From Deltaproteobacteria bacterium (GTDB taxonomy: Bacteria; UBA10199; DSSB01), in NCBI GenBank assembly GCA_020853015.1, contig JADYZQ010000027.1, positions 1 to 39,663 on the forward strand: DNA of 39,663 nucleotides, given 5' to 3'. The notes under the pieces are model-generated. The model ran no database searches, was not told the origin of the DNA, and worked only from the letters and a program-made list of their open reading frames with translations. Below are positions 1-8,960 of the stretch, in pieces. How positions within the stretch are numbered: position 1 is the first letter of the stretch; every line of letters starts with the position of its first letter. The translations under genes were made by a program, and so were the position numbers.

Positions 1-2
1 CT

Positions 3-1463
3 TTGGCCGGCATTTTCCTCGGCCACCATCTCGAGGAGAGGGTCGGCCTGCGACCCGCGCAGTCCGGCGCCACCACCCTCGTCGATTCCATGGCGATGCT
101 GCTGCAGTTCCACGTGGCGGGTCGTCTGACCCGACACGCCTTCGGCGGGCGACTCGCCGCGCGCGAACTTGAATTGGAAGCCCGGCACCGCGGCCTGGAG
201 TTCCTCGCCGCCCGGCTCCCGCACCGGGCGGTGGATCTCTTCGCCGGTCCGCAGCTCGCCATGGCCGCTTTGGGCCCCGTCGCGGAGGGGCGACTCGAGC
301 CGCTGCGCATGCAGGCCACACGTTTTCCGCCGTCCTCCGCGCCGGCCTATGAGAACTACCACTTCCCCCCGGGCGGAAAGGGCCAGACGCCGCCGCGGGT
401 CAGTTACGGCGCCACCGAGCGCCGGCTGTGGGAGGTCATGGAACCCGAACTGCGCGCGGTCCCCTTCGAGGCCTCGCGGGAGGAACTCTTGTCCCGCCGC
501 TTAAGCCTCGAGACCGCGGACCGGGTTTGGGAATTCCAGATCCGCGACTTCGCGCGCCTGCTTGGGGCCGAGGTCGAGGTGCATCCGTCCGAGCGCCTGA
601 TCGAACCCTTCGGCAGCCAATTCTTAAGACCCAAAGGGGATCTGCTCCGGCGCGCCGCCGATTTTGCCGAGGGTGGGGGAAGGGTCTACGAGATCCGCTT
701 CCCCTACGCCAACGCCTCCTTCGGGAAGGCCAACGTCAAGGGGCAATATTCCAACCTCCGCCACTTGATGGGCGAGCTCGAGGACGCCTTCGGCCGCGAG
801 GTGCAGCTTCAATTCCTGCGCGAGGGCAGGCTGAGCGTCCGCATCCCCAACTTCGCCCTCTGGGAGGGGCTGTTGCGGGCGCGCTTCGGCGAGGCCGCGC
901 ACCGCCCGATTCCCGTGGACGGCATCATCACGCGCGACGACACGATGCGCCTGCGGGGCCGTTTGCTCGCGCCGGTGGGGATGGTGCGACAGGCCACTCT
1001 GATCTCGGAGCTGCAGGGGAAGGTGCCCGCCTTCTTCGTGCCTTTCCATGATTTCTATCACGCGACCATGGCCTCGATGCTGCCGCCCGAGCTCTGCGCA
1101 AGCTGCGCGGGGCTTTACTTTCCCCTGCAGCGCGGGCTTCCGCCCTCGCGCCTGAAGCAGGAACATCTCAACCGCCTCGCAGACTTGGATCCCGGCTCGG
1201 ATTTCAACGGCCAACCCGAGACCTTTGTGAAGTTCACGCTGCTGCCCTTTTGGCATTCCTTTTTCGGGGAGGTGGATGCGGGGACGATGACGCAGCGACG
1301 GCTTCAGCAATACCCGCAATTTCTGGCAAGCTATCGGCGCATCCTGCGCGACGAGGCCGCAACGCCGGGCGTCGCCCCGCTGTGGCGCGAGGGCTTCGAG
1401 CGCCGACTGAACGAGTTCGGCGACGAGTTCACCCGGCTGCTGACTTCGGTTTTGCGCAAGTGA
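3..1463 (+). CDS. Large hypothetical protein (probably 5'-truncated by the window edge), paralog of 24761..29557
   Basis: Frame is open from the window edge. The first ~65 aa align ungapped with an internal block of the 24761 protein (GLRP..SG...D...LLQFHV.GRL..H..G.R.AA...E...R.RGLE). An HDFYH motif lies at about 1047-1061. Confidence 0.75.
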   Translation: MAGIFLGHHLEERVGLRPAQSGATTLVDSMAMLLQFHVAGRLTRHAFGGRLAARELELEARHRGLEFLAARLPHRAVDLFAGPQLAMAALGPVAEGRLEPLRMQATRFPPSSAPAYENYHFPPGGKGQTPPRVSYGATERRLWEVMEPELRAVPFEASREELLSRRLSLETADRVWEFQIRDFARLLGAEVEVHPSERLIEPFGSQFLRPKGDLLRRAADFAEGGGRVYEIRFPYANASFGKANVKGQYSNLRHLMGELEDAFGREVQLQFLREGRLSVRIPNFALWEGLLRARFGEAAHRPIPVDGIITRDDTMRLRGRLLAPVGMVRQATLISELQGKVPAFFVPFHDFYHATMASMLPPELCASCAGLYFPLQRGLPPSRLKQEHLNRLADLDPGSDFNGQPETFVKFTLLPFWHSFFGEVDAGTMTQRRLQQYPQFLASYRRILRDEAATPGVAPLWREGFERRLNEFGDEFTRLLTSVLRK

Positions 1464-1756
1464 CACAAGGGCGCCATTTCCGCGTCATTGGCGTCGATTT
1501 TAGGGCGGCCTAGGAAACGAAGCGGGCGGGAGAAAAGCGCGGTCCCGAAAAAAAATCATGCAACTTCCCGTGAAATGCTCCGAACAAGCTCTCGGTTTCC
1601 AAAAATAAATAAAGATTTTCGACGCTTACTCCGTGACTTCTGTACAGAAGACGGTTTCGGAAAATGGGACCGAAAAAGCGCCGAATTCCAGCCGTCGGCA
1701 AAGGGGGCCGGCGGGCTAGGGGCCTTCAAAGTTTTTTGTTGAGAGAGGAGAAATTT

Positions 1757-2554
1757 ATGACTCCACCGGTAGTCGATCCCTTGCACGCGGATGCGGGAGC
1801 ACCGCCACCTCCACCTTCGGCCGATGCGGGGGCGCCTCCGCCGCCGCCCGAGGCCGATCCGCCGGTGCGGCGCGTCACCCCCGAGCCCGAGACGCCTCCG
1901 GCCAGCGATCCCGCCGCAAGCGCGGCGACGGCGCGCAACGCCTGGGACAATCTCCATTTGGTCATCGGCGGCGGTTACAACTTCGGCAATTCCTTCGCCC
2001 CGGGTTCCGCGGTCTATCGCGACGTGGCTCCGGGATATACCGGCGGGGATTTGTTCTTCCAGCCCTCCTACAGCGTCTTTCAAGGCCGCATATTCGACTT
2101 TCGCCTGGGCGCCAATCTGGGCCTGCAGTTCCTCAGCATCCCGCGCCGTCCCGGTTCGGTGGACTCCAGCGTCACCGGCCTGGCGATCGACGCCATGGCC
2201 GAGGGGAACTTCAACTTCCATCAACACTTCGGCTTAGGGCTGAACGTTGCCTTGGGATACCAAGGTTGGATGAGCTCCAACGCCGACGTCGGCGCGCCCT
2301 TCACCGCGACCTTCGATTTCGGTTCGGAGGGAGGCTTCCATCTCCAGGGGCAGGGATACTTGCACACCTGGAACCAGGCGATCCGCTTGGGCGTGGGCGT
2401 CAGCGGCGTGCCGTCGGGCTTCGGCCTGCGCACCGCTCCGGGGCAGCCCGACTTGTTGATCAGCCCCGGACCGGCGGTGACGCTGTTCCTGGGGATCGAT
2501 CCGATTCGGATGATTCGCAATATTCAACACGGCGGCGGCGGCAGCACGCCCTGA
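1757..2554 (+). CDS. Pro-rich N-terminus plus putative beta-barrel-like domain, hypothetical
   Basis: AGGAG at 1746-1750 precedes ATG 1757. The protein has a duplicated ADAGAPPPPP, then Gly/aromatic-rich alternating strands (LHLVIGGGYNF, FDFRLGANLGLQFL, FGLGLNVALGYQG). Confidence 0.7.
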   Translation: MTPPVVDPLHADAGAPPPPPSADAGAPPPPPEADPPVRRVTPEPETPPASDPAASAATARNAWDNLHLVIGGGYNFGNSFAPGSAVYRDVAPGYTGGDLFFQPSYSVFQGRIFDFRLGANLGLQFLSIPRRPGSVDSSVTGLAIDAMAEGNFNFHQHFGLGLNVALGYQGWMSSNADVGAPFTATFDFGSEGGFHLQGQGYLHTWNQAIRLGVGVSGVPSGFGLRTAPGQPDLLISPGPAVTLFLGIDPIRMIRNIQHGGGGSTP

Positions 2555-2627
2555 TCCGTGAGGGTTCATTTTCGGGTTTCTAACGCAAAGGACTCACCGT
2601 CCTTAAATGACAAATAGGAGTGTCGTT

Positions 2628-5462
2628 ATGCGCGCTATTCGCAAGGCCGCAGTACTCGTCCTGGTCCTCTCCACGATCCTGATCGGAAACGAAGCGGTCG
2701 CCGGAGGGCTGAACATCCCTGAAGACTCCAACGGCGGAAAGATCTGCAAAGTCACCTCCATGGTCGACGACGCCAGCATCTCCGGCAGCCTGCGCCGCGC
2801 CCTGGAGCAAGGCTACAACATCCAGGACAGCTCCCTTCCGTCCTTCTGCACCGAGAAGATCGTCTTCGACACCGCCGGCACCATCACGCTGCGCGACACG
2901 ATCCGCCTGAACAACAAGGCGGCCGCCGGTTTCGCCCTCGAAAAGGGCGCCGGCGTCAGCGGGCAGGTCATTCTCGACGCCTCCGCCCTCGGCGAAGGCG
3001 CCTGCGCCATCGAGCTCGACTCCAACCAGGTCACCATCAAGGGCATCACGGTCCGCGGCGCGGCCGGCTCCGGCATCTGCATCAAGAGCGGCTCCAACGG
3101 CAACCTGATCGACGGGGTCAGCGTCACCCGCAGCGGCAACGGCGTGCTGGTCGAGTCCGGCTCGCAGCGCAACACCATCCAGAACGGCTTTTTCTTCGAC
3201 AACACGGGTTTCGGCGTCAAATTGAACGACGCCACGCAGAACCAGGTGACGCGTAACGCCCTCTACCGCAACAACCAAGGGCCGATCGACAGCCCGGCGA
3301 CCAACATCCGCCCGACCATTTCCTCGGCGGCTCCGACCAATTCGGCGGCCACCAATTTCACGCTCTCCGGCACCTTACCTGAGGCGGTGGATCGCATCGA
3401 GATCTTTCGCGGCGCTCCCTCGGGCTCCGAGACCAACTTCATCGTCGACCTGCGCGAGTTCTCCGGCCTGTCCTTCCTGGCGACCGTCGACGCCCGGGCG
3501 GGCGAGGAAGTCTTCGCGGTGGGTATCGCCCCCGACGGCACGACTTCTCCGGCCTCCGCGATTGTTCGCTTAAGCGCCACCGGAGGCGGCGGCACCGGCC
3601 CCGGCAGCGGGCCCCGGCCTTGTTTTCCCGGACAGATCTTCCCGCCCACCGCCGATTTTGACGGCGACGGCATCTTTGACGTGAACGAGGACAAGAACAA
3701 GAATTGCGTCGTCGATCCCGGCGAGACCGATCCGGCCAACGAGGACACGGACGGCGATACCATCACCGACGGCATCGAGGACCGCAACAAGAACGGAGTT
3801 TTGGACGAAGGGGAGAGCAATCCCGCGCTGATCGACAGCGATTCCGACGGCCTTCCCGACAACGTCGAGGACCGCAACAAGAACGGCATCCGCGACTTCG
3901 GCGAGCTGGATCCTTCGAAAGAGGACACCGACGAGGACGGCATCATCGACTTGCTCGAGGACATGAACGGCAACGGCGTCTATGACGCCCCGGCCGAGAC
4001 CAACGGCACCCGCGCCGACTCCGATTTCGACGGACTGGCCGACGGCATCGAGGACAAAAACCGCAACGGCATCCTCGACCTTAACGAAAGCGATCCCCGC
4101 AAGGCGGATACCGACGGCGACGGTCTGCTGGACAACCTCGACCCCTGCCCGCAGAACACCAGCACCAGCTGCGAACAGCCCTGCGTGCCCGGCATCGTCC
4201 CCGAGGAAGACTTGGACAACGACAACGACGGCATCCCGGACATCTACGAGGACATCAACCACAACTGTATTGTCGACGCCGGCGAGACCGACGCCTTCGA
4301 CCGCGATACCGACGGCGACGGCCGCAACGACCGGCTCGATGCCTGTCCGAACAATCCGGACCTGACCTGCGAAGGGGAGTGCAACCCCGACAGCATCAAC
4401 CCCTTCACCGATTCCGACTCCGACGGCCTGCCGAACGCCGAAGAGGATCTGAACAGCAACTGCTTCGTCGATCCCAACGAGAGCGATCCCTTCGATCCCG
4501 ATACCGACCGCGACGGCACGAAAGACGGAAACGACACCTGTCCGCTCGATCCGAACCCGCTTTGCGCCAACGAGTGCGTGGCCGGCGTCGAGCCCCCCGA
4601 GGCCCAGGATTCGGACGGCGACGGGATCCCCGACAAGTACGAGGACATCAACCGCGATTGCATCCAGGGTCCCAACGAGACCAACTTCCGCAAGCGCGAC
4701 ACGGACGGCGACATCATCAACGACAACGAGGATCCCTGTCCGCTGAACCCCGACGCGAACTGCAGCAAGGAGTGCATCCCCGGCGAGTTTATTCCGCCGC
4801 AGCGCGACTCCGACCGCGACGGCATCAAGGACGTCCTCGAGGACACCAACAAGAACTGCATCCGCGACGTCGGCGAGTCCGACGCCTACAGCAGTGACAC
4901 CGACGGCGACGGCCTGCCCGACGGCCAGGAAGACCGCAACCAAAACGGCCTCTTCGAGCCGGGCGAGAGCGATCCGCGCAACCTCGACACCGACGGCGAC
5001 GGCCTGCAGGACGGCGTGGAAGACCGCAACAAGAACGGCATCGTCGACTTCGACGAGCTCGATCCGAAGGTGGCCGACACCGACGGCGACGGCATCCTCG
5101 ACTTCAACGAGGACGCCAACCGCAACGGCGTCTGGGATGCCGGCGAGACCAACGGCGCCCGCAAGGACACCGACCAGGACGGCCTGGAAGACGGCGCCGA
5201 GGACGCCAACAAGAATGGCTTTGTCGACGCCGGCGAGACCGACCCGCGCAACCCCGACAGCGACGGCGACGGCGCCACGGACGGCCAAGAGGTCAGCCTG
5301 GGCACCAACCCGATCAACGCCAGCGAGTCCGACCTAAACAAGGCCCTGGGCCGCGGCTGCGCGCTGAACGCGGCGGGTTCAGCCCCCGCGGGCTTCGGCG
5401 CCTACCTCGGCATGGGCCTCCTGGGCCTGCTCGGCCTGCGGCTGCGCCGCGCGAAAAAGTAG
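2628..5462 (+). CDS. Exported surface protein: right-handed beta-helix, thrombospondin type-3-like Ca-binding repeats, MYXO-CTERM-like C-terminal anchor
   Basis: AGGAG at 2616-2620 precedes ATG 2628. Signal peptide MRAIRKAAVLVLVLSTILIG; GxxI/V-N-rich beta-helix repeats; many DxDxDG..D..ED.N.NG motifs; C-terminus GRGCAL...LGMGLLGLLGLRLRRAKK (GC, TM segment, basic tail). Confidence 0.85.
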   Translation: MRAIRKAAVLVLVLSTILIGNEAVAGGLNIPEDSNGGKICKVTSMVDDASISGSLRRALEQGYNIQDSSLPSFCTEKIVFDTAGTITLRDTIRLNNKAAAGFALEKGAGVSGQVILDASALGEGACAIELDSNQVTIKGITVRGAAGSGICIKSGSNGNLIDGVSVTRSGNGVLVESGSQRNTIQNGFFFDNTGFGVKLNDATQNQVTRNALYRNNQGPIDSPATNIRPTISSAAPTNSAATNFTLSGTLPEAVDRIEIFRGAPSGSETNFIVDLREFSGLSFLATVDARAGEEVFAVGIAPDGTTSPASAIVRLSATGGGGTGPGSGPRPCFPGQIFPPTADFDGDGIFDVNEDKNKNCVVDPGETDPANEDTDGDTITDGIEDRNKNGVLDEGESNPALIDSDSDGLPDNVEDRNKNGIRDFGELDPSKEDTDEDGIIDLLEDMNGNGVYDAPAETNGTRADSDFDGLADGIEDKNRNGILDLNESDPRKADTDGDGLLDNLDPCPQNTSTSCEQPCVPGIVPEEDLDNDNDGIPDIYEDINHNCIVDAGETDAFDRDTDGDGRNDRLDACPNNPDLTCEGECNPDSINPFTDSDSDGLPNAEEDLNSNCFVDPNESDPFDPDTDRDGTKDGNDTCPLDPNPLCANECVAGVEPPEAQDSDGDGIPDKYEDINRDCIQGPNETNFRKRDTDGDIINDNEDPCPLNPDANCSKECIPGEFIPPQRDSDRDGIKDVLEDTNKNCIRDVGESDAYSSDTDGDGLPDGQEDRNQNGLFEPGESDPRNLDTDGDGLQDGVEDRNKNGIVDFDELDPKVADTDGDGILDFNEDANRNGVWDAGETNGARKDTDQDGLEDGAEDANKNGFVDAGETDPRNPDSDGDGATDGQEVSLGTNPINASESDLNKALGRGCALNAAGSAPAGFGAYLGMGLLGLLGLRLRRAKK

Positions 5463-5482
5463 TACGCATCTCCTTTTCAGAG

Positions 5483-5519
5483 AAAGCCCCGCTTCGGGTT
5501 CCGAAGCGGGGTTTTTTTT
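5483..5519 (+). terminator. Rho-independent terminator
   Basis: Stem gccccgcttcgg / ccgaagcggggt with a 3-nt loop, followed by a T8 run, about 20 nt after the stop codon at 5462. Confidence 0.9.
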
Positions 5520-5543
5520 GCCCAATTAATTCAGTATTAAAAC

Positions 5544-5760
5544 GGTAGATCCCTTGACCCCAAGGGCCACTCTTAGGAAGGGAAATTCACGGAGGCAGCT
5601 CTGGGGTAATCCTAGAGAGAAATTTGCGGAGTTGGATCAGTGGGATCTCCGGAAGGAACCTTTACAGCGGTAGATTCCTTGGTCCCGAGGTATCCCTGGA
5701 AGGAAACTTTACAGAGGTAGATCCCCTGGTCCCCGGGGGTATCCCTCGGAACGGGTTTCG
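5544..5760. repeat. Degenerate tandem array of about five 37-50 bp hairpin-containing units (REP-like)
   Basis: GGTAGAT(C/T)CC(T/C)TG occurs at 5544, 5669 and 5716. Linkers GGAAGGAA(A/C)CTTTACAG recur. Each unit contains a short imperfect palindrome. Confidence 0.65.
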
Positions 5761-5931
5761 GAGGGGCCCTCACCTTGAAGCCTCTGATAACAGGGCTCCT
5801 CCGACCTTTGGTCCGGCCGGCGGGGCAAGCCCGAACTTGCTTCGGGCGCGCAGCAAATTCGGAGAATTTGCGGAGAAAAATCGACCCGGACCAAAAAAGT
5901 GAAGAGGGATACCCCCGGGGACCAGGGGATC
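5720..5931. repeat. Perfect 28-bp inverted repeat enclosing nested hairpins (structured non-coding element)
   Basis: 5720-5747 gatcccctggtccccgggggtatccctc is the exact reverse complement of 5904-5931. Inner stems pair 5758-5770/5792-5804, 5807-5816/5886-5895, 5829-5835/5841-5847 and 5853-5860/5864-5871. Confidence 0.85.
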
Positions 5932-6029
5932 GGGCAAGGACATTGTCGTTACGAAAATCACCATATCGGTCTCAAAAAACTCAGCCTGCAACCCTTGCCA
6001 TGACCGCCGCTTTTCAATAGGAGGACCCC

Positions 6030-7859
6030 ATGCCCCCCGTCCCGCGCCCCATCCAAGTCCTCCCCGAAAACGTGGTTCACAAGATCGCCGCCGGCGAGGT
6101 GGTCGAGCGCCCCGTCTCGGTGGTGAAGGAGCTGGTCGAAAACTCGCTGGACGCCGGCGCCACCCGCATCCACGTGAGCCTCGAGCAGGGCGGCGCCAAA
6201 TCTATCGTCGTCGCCGACGACGGCCACGGCATCCCGCCCCGCGACCTGCCGCTGGCCCTCAAGCGCCACGCCACCAGCAAGATCACCCGCGCCGAGGAGC
6301 TCTTCGCCCTGCATACCTTGGGTTTCCGCGGCGAGGCGCTTCCGTCGATCGCCAGCATCAGCGAGTTTCGCCTGGAGAGCGCGACCGCCGAGAGCGACCC
6401 GGTCGGCTACGCCGTGGATGTTAAGGGCGGAAAGGTCGGCGAGCTGCAAGAGCTGCCGATGTCCCGGGGGACCCGTATCTCCGTGAAGGAATTGTTCTGC
6501 ACCACGCCCGCGAGATTGAAATTCCTCAAGCGCCCCGAGACCGAATGGAGCCACGTCCTCGACCTCTTGACGGCGATGGCCCTGCACCACCTCGCGGTGG
6601 AATGGCGCCTCGAACACAACGGCAAGGTCTCCCTGTTCTGCCCCGCTGCCGACGATCCCAAGCGACGTATCCTCGATCTCTTCGGCCGGGAGACGATGGA
6701 GCGGCTCTATCCGGTGGAACGCAAGGTCTCGGAGCTGTCGATCCGCGGCCTGATCGGCCACCCGAACTTTTCCAAAAGGACCAACCGGCAGATCTACGTC
6801 TTCGTCAACGGGCGTTTCGTCCAAGACCGGCTGATCAACCACGCCGTCGTCAACGGCTATCGCGGCCTGCTGATGACCCAGCAATATCCCATGGCCGTCT
6901 TGCACCTCGAGGTCGACCCCGCCAAGGTGGACGTCAACGTCCATCCCACCAAGCGGGAGGTGCGTTTCAGCAACTCCAACGTCGTCCACCATCTGATCTC
7001 CGAGACCCTCCGCCACGCCCTCGACCGCGCCCCCTGGCGCGAGGCGGAATCGGCGGAGGAGGGAGGGAAGGTCGCCCTCGCCGTCGCCGGCGGCTTCGCC
7101 TTCGCCGAGCTGGCGCCCCGCCAGACCACGCTGGGCGAGTCTTTCCGGGAGGAATATGCGCGGGGTATCGAGCGGGCCTTGCGCGGCTTTGCGCCGGGCG
7201 CGTTGGGGGCGGCCCCTGCCGTCGCATCCCCCTCGTGGCGCGAGGCGCCTAAGGCCGCGCGGATCGGCGCCTTGGCATTCTCCGAGCTGCGGCTCATCGG
7301 CCAACTCAACGCGACCTACCTGGTCTGCGAAAGCGAGGGCTCTCTGCTGCTCGTCGACCAGCACGCCGCCCACGAGCGGATCGGCTTCGAGCAACTGAAG
7401 CGCTCGTACCTCGGCGGCCCCCTGCCGCAGCAGCGTCTTCTGCAGCCCCTGTCCTTCGACCTGCCCGAGCACGAGGCCGCCCGCCTGCGCGCCTGTCTCC
7501 CGCGCCTCGAGGCCTTCGGCTTCGCGGTCGACGAGTTCGGCGAGGGCAGCTTCGTCTTGAAGGCCCACCCGACCTTGCTGCGCGACGGCGACTGGGTCGC
7601 CGTCCTGCGCGAGATCGCCGAGGAGATGGAAGAAAGCTCCGGCCTGGCGGGGGTGGAAGACCGCATCGACCACGTGCTCGCGACCATGGCCTGTCACCGG
7701 CAAATCCGCGCCCACCAACGATTGACCGAGGAGGAAATGCTCTCCTTGCTGCGTGAGCTCGAGGGCACCCCTCGTTCCTACCACTGCCCCCACGGCCGCC
7801 CGGTCATGGTCGAGGTCGAGGCCCGCGAGATCGAAAAATGGTTCAAGAGGGTGCTGTGA
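6030..7859 (+). CDS. mutL: DNA mismatch repair protein MutL (endonuclease type)
   Basis: IAAGEVVERP, KELVENSLDAGA, LGFRGEAL, VDVNVHPTKREVRF, DQHAAHERIGFE and CPHGRP motifs; AGGAGG upstream. Confidence 0.97.
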   Translation: MPPVPRPIQVLPENVVHKIAAGEVVERPVSVVKELVENSLDAGATRIHVSLEQGGAKSIVVADDGHGIPPRDLPLALKRHATSKITRAEELFALHTLGFRGEALPSIASISEFRLESATAESDPVGYAVDVKGGKVGELQELPMSRGTRISVKELFCTTPARLKFLKRPETEWSHVLDLLTAMALHHLAVEWRLEHNGKVSLFCPAADDPKRRILDLFGRETMERLYPVERKVSELSIRGLIGHPNFSKRTNRQIYVFVNGRFVQDRLINHAVVNGYRGLLMTQQYPMAVLHLEVDPAKVDVNVHPTKREVRFSNSNVVHHLISETLRHALDRAPWREAESAEEGGKVALAVAGGFAFAELAPRQTTLGESFREEYARGIERALRGFAPGALGAAPAVASPSWREAPKAARIGALAFSELRLIGQLNATYLVCESEGSLLLVDQHAAHERIGFEQLKRSYLGGPLPQQRLLQPLSFDLPEHEAARLRACLPRLEAFGFAVDEFGEGSFVLKAHPTLLRDGDWVAVLREIAEEMEESSGLAGVEDRIDHVLATMACHRQIRAHQRLTEEEMLSLLRELEGTPRSYHCPHGRPVMVEVEAREIEKWFKRVL

Positions 7860-8776
7860 GCTCCGCCCCCGCCATCGTCGTCGTGGCCGGGGCCACCGCC
7901 TCGGGAAAGTCGGCCTTCGCGGAGCGGCTGGGCGGGGAGATCGGCGGCGAGATTCTCAACGCCGACAGCCAGCAGTTCTACCAGGGCTTCGACATCGGCA
8001 CCGGGAAGGTACCGACGGATCGAAGGCTCCTGCCGCATTGGCTGCTCGACGCCTGCGCGCCCGGCGAGCGGATGACCGCGATGGAATTCGCCCGCCGGGC
8101 GGAGCGGCTGATCGCCGAAATCGCCGCGCGCAGCCGCGTGCCGATCCTGGTGGGCGGCACCGGGCTCTACCTGAAGGCCCTGCTCGAGGGCCTCGATCGG
8201 CTCCCTCCGCGCGATCCCGAAATCCGGCGGCGCCTCCAAGCGGAAGCCGCCCGCTTCGGCCCCGAGGCGCTCCACCAAAGGCTGCGCGCGCTCGACCCCG
8301 AAAGCGCGGCGCGAATCAGCCCCCGCGATCCGAACCGCCTGGTGCGCCACCTCGAGATCGCCGCGCTGAGCGGCCGTCCGCCCTCGGAGCTGCTTACCCG
8401 CCGGCGCCCGCCGGTCCTGCGTTTCCCGACCGAAACCTACTGGCTTCGCGGCGAGCGCGAGCTATTGCGGAGGCGCATCGCCGAGCGGGTCGACGAGATG
8501 CTGGCCTCGGGGTGGCTGGAAGAAGTGAGGGGCTTGCTCGCGCGCGGGGTCGACCCGCGCCGCTTGGAAATCCGCCCCATCGGTTATGCCGAGCTGGCCG
8601 AGGTCGTCCAGGGCGGGAAGGCCTTGGAAGAGGCCCGGGCCGAGATCGTCGCGCGTACCCAGGCCTACGCCAAGCGCCAGGAGACCTTTTTCCGGGGCCA
8701 GTTCAGCCACGCCGCTTATCAAGAGGGCGGTAGCCGGCTGCGGATCCTGCCGACTTATCCACAGGCAATTTCCTGA
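7856..8776 (+). CDS. miaA: tRNA dimethylallyltransferase
   Basis: GATASGKS P-loop, NADSQQ.Y...DIGTGK, VGGTGLY and YAKRQ.T motifs. The GTG start overlaps the mutL stop (GTGA), and mutL-miaA is a common gene order. Confidence 0.95.
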   Translation: MSSAPAIVVVAGATASGKSAFAERLGGEIGGEILNADSQQFYQGFDIGTGKVPTDRRLLPHWLLDACAPGERMTAMEFARRAERLIAEIAARSRVPILVGGTGLYLKALLEGLDRLPPRDPEIRRRLQAEAARFGPEALHQRLRALDPESAARISPRDPNRLVRHLEIAALSGRPPSELLTRRRPPVLRFPTETYWLRGERELLRRRIAERVDEMLASGWLEEVRGLLARGVDPRRLEIRPIGYAELAEVVQGGKALEEARAEIVARTQAYAKRQETFFRGQFSHAAYQEGGSRLRILPTYPQAIS

Positions 8777-8960
8777 TTTCTAAAGGGAAAAATCACAACT
8801 TTGGCGGGATTGGGACGATAAATTTTTAGGGGAGATAGGGGTTTTCCGTTCAGGGATAAGATGGTACGTTTGGGGTCCCACCAAGAGCGGTAAAACCTAA
8901 TTATAACATATAGTTGCGGACATGCGGCGAGGGTTCGCGCCGGGCGTCCGTGGGGCACAC

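Noticed and set aside
3570-5288. Long antisense ORFs (also 5958..7793, 10395..12983, 16556..18007, 35445..37154)
   Set aside because: These are antisense mirrors of well-supported genes caused by GC3 bias, with no motifs of their own.
3650-5320. DNA-level repeats (gacaccgacggcgacggc and similar) as a mobile or DGR-like repeat
   Set aside because: They are fully explained by the encoded DxDxDG protein repeats.
5544-5931. Possible CRISPR array or retron
   Set aside because: The units are degenerate and uneven in length, with no identical repeats separating unique spacers, and no cas or reverse transcriptase gene is in the window. Kept only as a structured repeat.
5624-6020. Short ORFs in the intergenic region upstream of mutL
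   Set aside because: They lack an RBS or coding bias. The shared peptide DPLVPGGIP on both strands is just a product of the inverted repeat.
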